Positions 46,401 through 47,977 of a stretch of 47,977 nucleotides of DNA are shown piece after piece. The notes beneath the pieces were generated by a model, which was not told where the DNA came from, searched no databases, and was given only the letters and a program-made list of their open reading frames with translations. The position numbers and the translations under genes are program-made. The DNA comes from Selaginella moellendorffii (lineage: Eukaryota; Plantae; Lycopodiophyta): the NCBI RefSeq assembly GCF_000143415.4, contig NW_003314277.1, forward strand, positions 1,278,963 through 1,326,939. The letters are read 5' to 3'. Numbering within the stretch: the first letter of the stretch is position 1; each line of letters opens with the position of its first letter.

Positions 46401-47373
46401 ATGGAGGACATACTCAGGTCGATCGATGCGATTTCTGAGCTTGCGCCAAAAAAGCGTATCCTCATCTGTGCAGGCTGCTGTTTCTGGCATGCAATCAACA
46501 TGCCCTGTACTGCTCCATGTGGAAGCAGATACAAAATGCCAGATTCCCACTATGCACACTCCCAGTTGCAGCATTGAGGCGCCTTGCCCATGTATTGGAT
46601 AGGGTGAAGGAATTTCTTGGGCAATGCAGTCATAAAGAGCACTGGGAGTGGATCGCTACATCCAGGTATGACAGGAGATGGGAAGTTGTGGAACTTCTGT
46701 CAGAGCTTCAGGAATGTGTGGACATAATCAACTCGGACGCAATTCGAACGTCATGTCTTCTAAAAGAGGGTATGTGGATGAGCCGTGTTCTTGAGCAGCT
46801 GGCTGATATTGAGCAGGAGCAGGATCTGTATTATGACCTCCACAGTTTGGCAAACGAAGATTGTGCTGAATTGGTGAAGAATGCAAGTTCAGAGGAGCTT
46901 GTCGAGTACTTATCTCAAAGACAAAGTGGCTACTGTCCAAGAATAAACATGGAAGATTGGCCTGGTGGTTCAATCGAGGAGTGGTTTGATTTGAGACTTG
47001 GTTGGTTGGGTCAAGCTGTTAAACTTGTTGAGCTTGATTAACGAGGTATTCCGAGGTGAAAGCTTATAGCTTTCCTCCTCTTTTTCTGTGCTTACCTTTC
47101 TCATGTAATTTCCCATTGTTGCAAGACATCAGGCAAGTTGCAGAAGAGAAGGGAAACGGGTGCTTTGATGAGAATCTCAAGGTAATGAAGGGTTCTTTCC
47201 TAGGTCCAAGTTCCTCTATTGTGCAGATTTTTGGGTGGTGCCACTGCTACAATACCGGGAAGCATTACATACTTACCGAGAATCACAACCATCGCATAGT
47301 TATAGAGAGTGATGACCACCACAGTCATCATAGTGAGGCACTCACTATGTCTCACCTTTTGGAAGTCATTTAC
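46401..47373 (+). pseudogene. Divergent paralog (helical bundle + kinase N-lobe remnant), frameshifted and truncated by an LTR
   Basis: LRRL...EHWEWIATSRYDRRWEVVELLSEL aligns with LRRL...EHWEWLAAVKYSRELEVKEIVEEL on the minus strand; IVQIFGW...YILTE aligns with IVQTIGY...HLVME. Confidence 0.65.
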
Positions 47374-47977
47374 TGTAACACACCTTAAGCCAATTGGAAA
47401 AGGGGCAATTGGTGAGAGAGCCTTTAATGACTATTTTATTTTAAAAATGACTAACTTTTCCATTCTACTTTAGTCACTTAACCATACCTCCGATCACTTG
47501 GAGGCAACCTCCATAAGTCCAATTCAGGACTTGGGGCTTGTTAGCCCCAAGAATGGCATCCATGCCACTCAACCTTTGCAGTTAATCCAAGTGCTTCATG
47601 TGTTCGATCCCATGACCGACACCCAAAGGTACCATCGATATATTAGCCTGTTATGCTAAAGCCATGCCTATACACCTTTGTCACATTGGTGATCCAACAC
47701 CACCTACATCACAATCCCATCTCTCAAAAACTGGGCCATCTATCTATGAGTGGTCATCTTAGATCCACTCCTTAGCATCCTTAGGATGCCCATAGACATG
47801 AGGAATAACCTTCCCCAAAATTGTCCCCATCAAGTCCCTTTTTGTCCATGGCCATGTTTGCCAACACTACCATTGGATCAAGGCCAATAAGCCCGACCAC
47901 AAAGTCCTTTTGTTCTCTGAGACTTCCTCATTATGTGACCGCATCCTTGGTCACTACACCAAAGGACTGTCCTCTCC
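47374..47977 (-). mobile_element. LTR fragments: foreign LTR end (47374-~47445), then family LTR 3' part running off the window
   Basis: 47374 onward is reverse-complementary to ~11245-11326; ~47449-47977 is reverse-complementary to the distal family LTR. Confidence 0.85.

Noticed and set aside
46241-46574. N-terminal ~110 aa of the 397-aa ORF (signal-peptide-like)
   Set aside because: It overlaps the antisense strand of the + paralog and lies upstream of a good acceptor (GTGTGCAG at 46241); probably not translated.

Overview
Eukaryotic, land-plant repeat-rich DNA. The Met-tRNA primer sites, CCCTAAA telomere repeat and 47-57 bp GT-AG introns suggest a compact-intron plant such as Selaginella (inference). 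Most of the window is nested, largely non-coding LTR retrotransposons: one family with ~1.6-1.8 kb microsatellite-containing LTRs (a complete copy at 614-8008 with a CCATG TSD, an inverted copy at 32604-39819, several fragments), a decayed Ty3/Gypsy gag-pro-RT element and a hAT-type MITE. The centrepiece is a 13.2 kb DNA transposon (19374-32603) with perfect 24-bp terminal inverted repeats. It carries (i) a Sola-like DDD transposase on the + strand and (ii) a divergent minus-strand gene that I can splice by hand into one ~1626-codon frame (11 exons, one in-frame TAG). That frame fuses a ParB/DGQHR-like domain, a degenerate amino-methyltransferase-like fold, an acidic linker and an FCP1/SCP-type HAD phosphatase. 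About 25 copies of a 22-bp palindrome (ATGGCRTG-N6-CAYGCCAT) are scattered through this element's introns, UTRs, intergenic spacer and coding sequence, and I saw none outside it. This is a candidate ParB/parS-like self-recognition or anti-silencing system in a eukaryotic transposon. The right end holds a head-to-head pair of decayed helical-bundle + kinase genes, one with a C2 domain. Domain calls are by eye from motifs; no searches were run.
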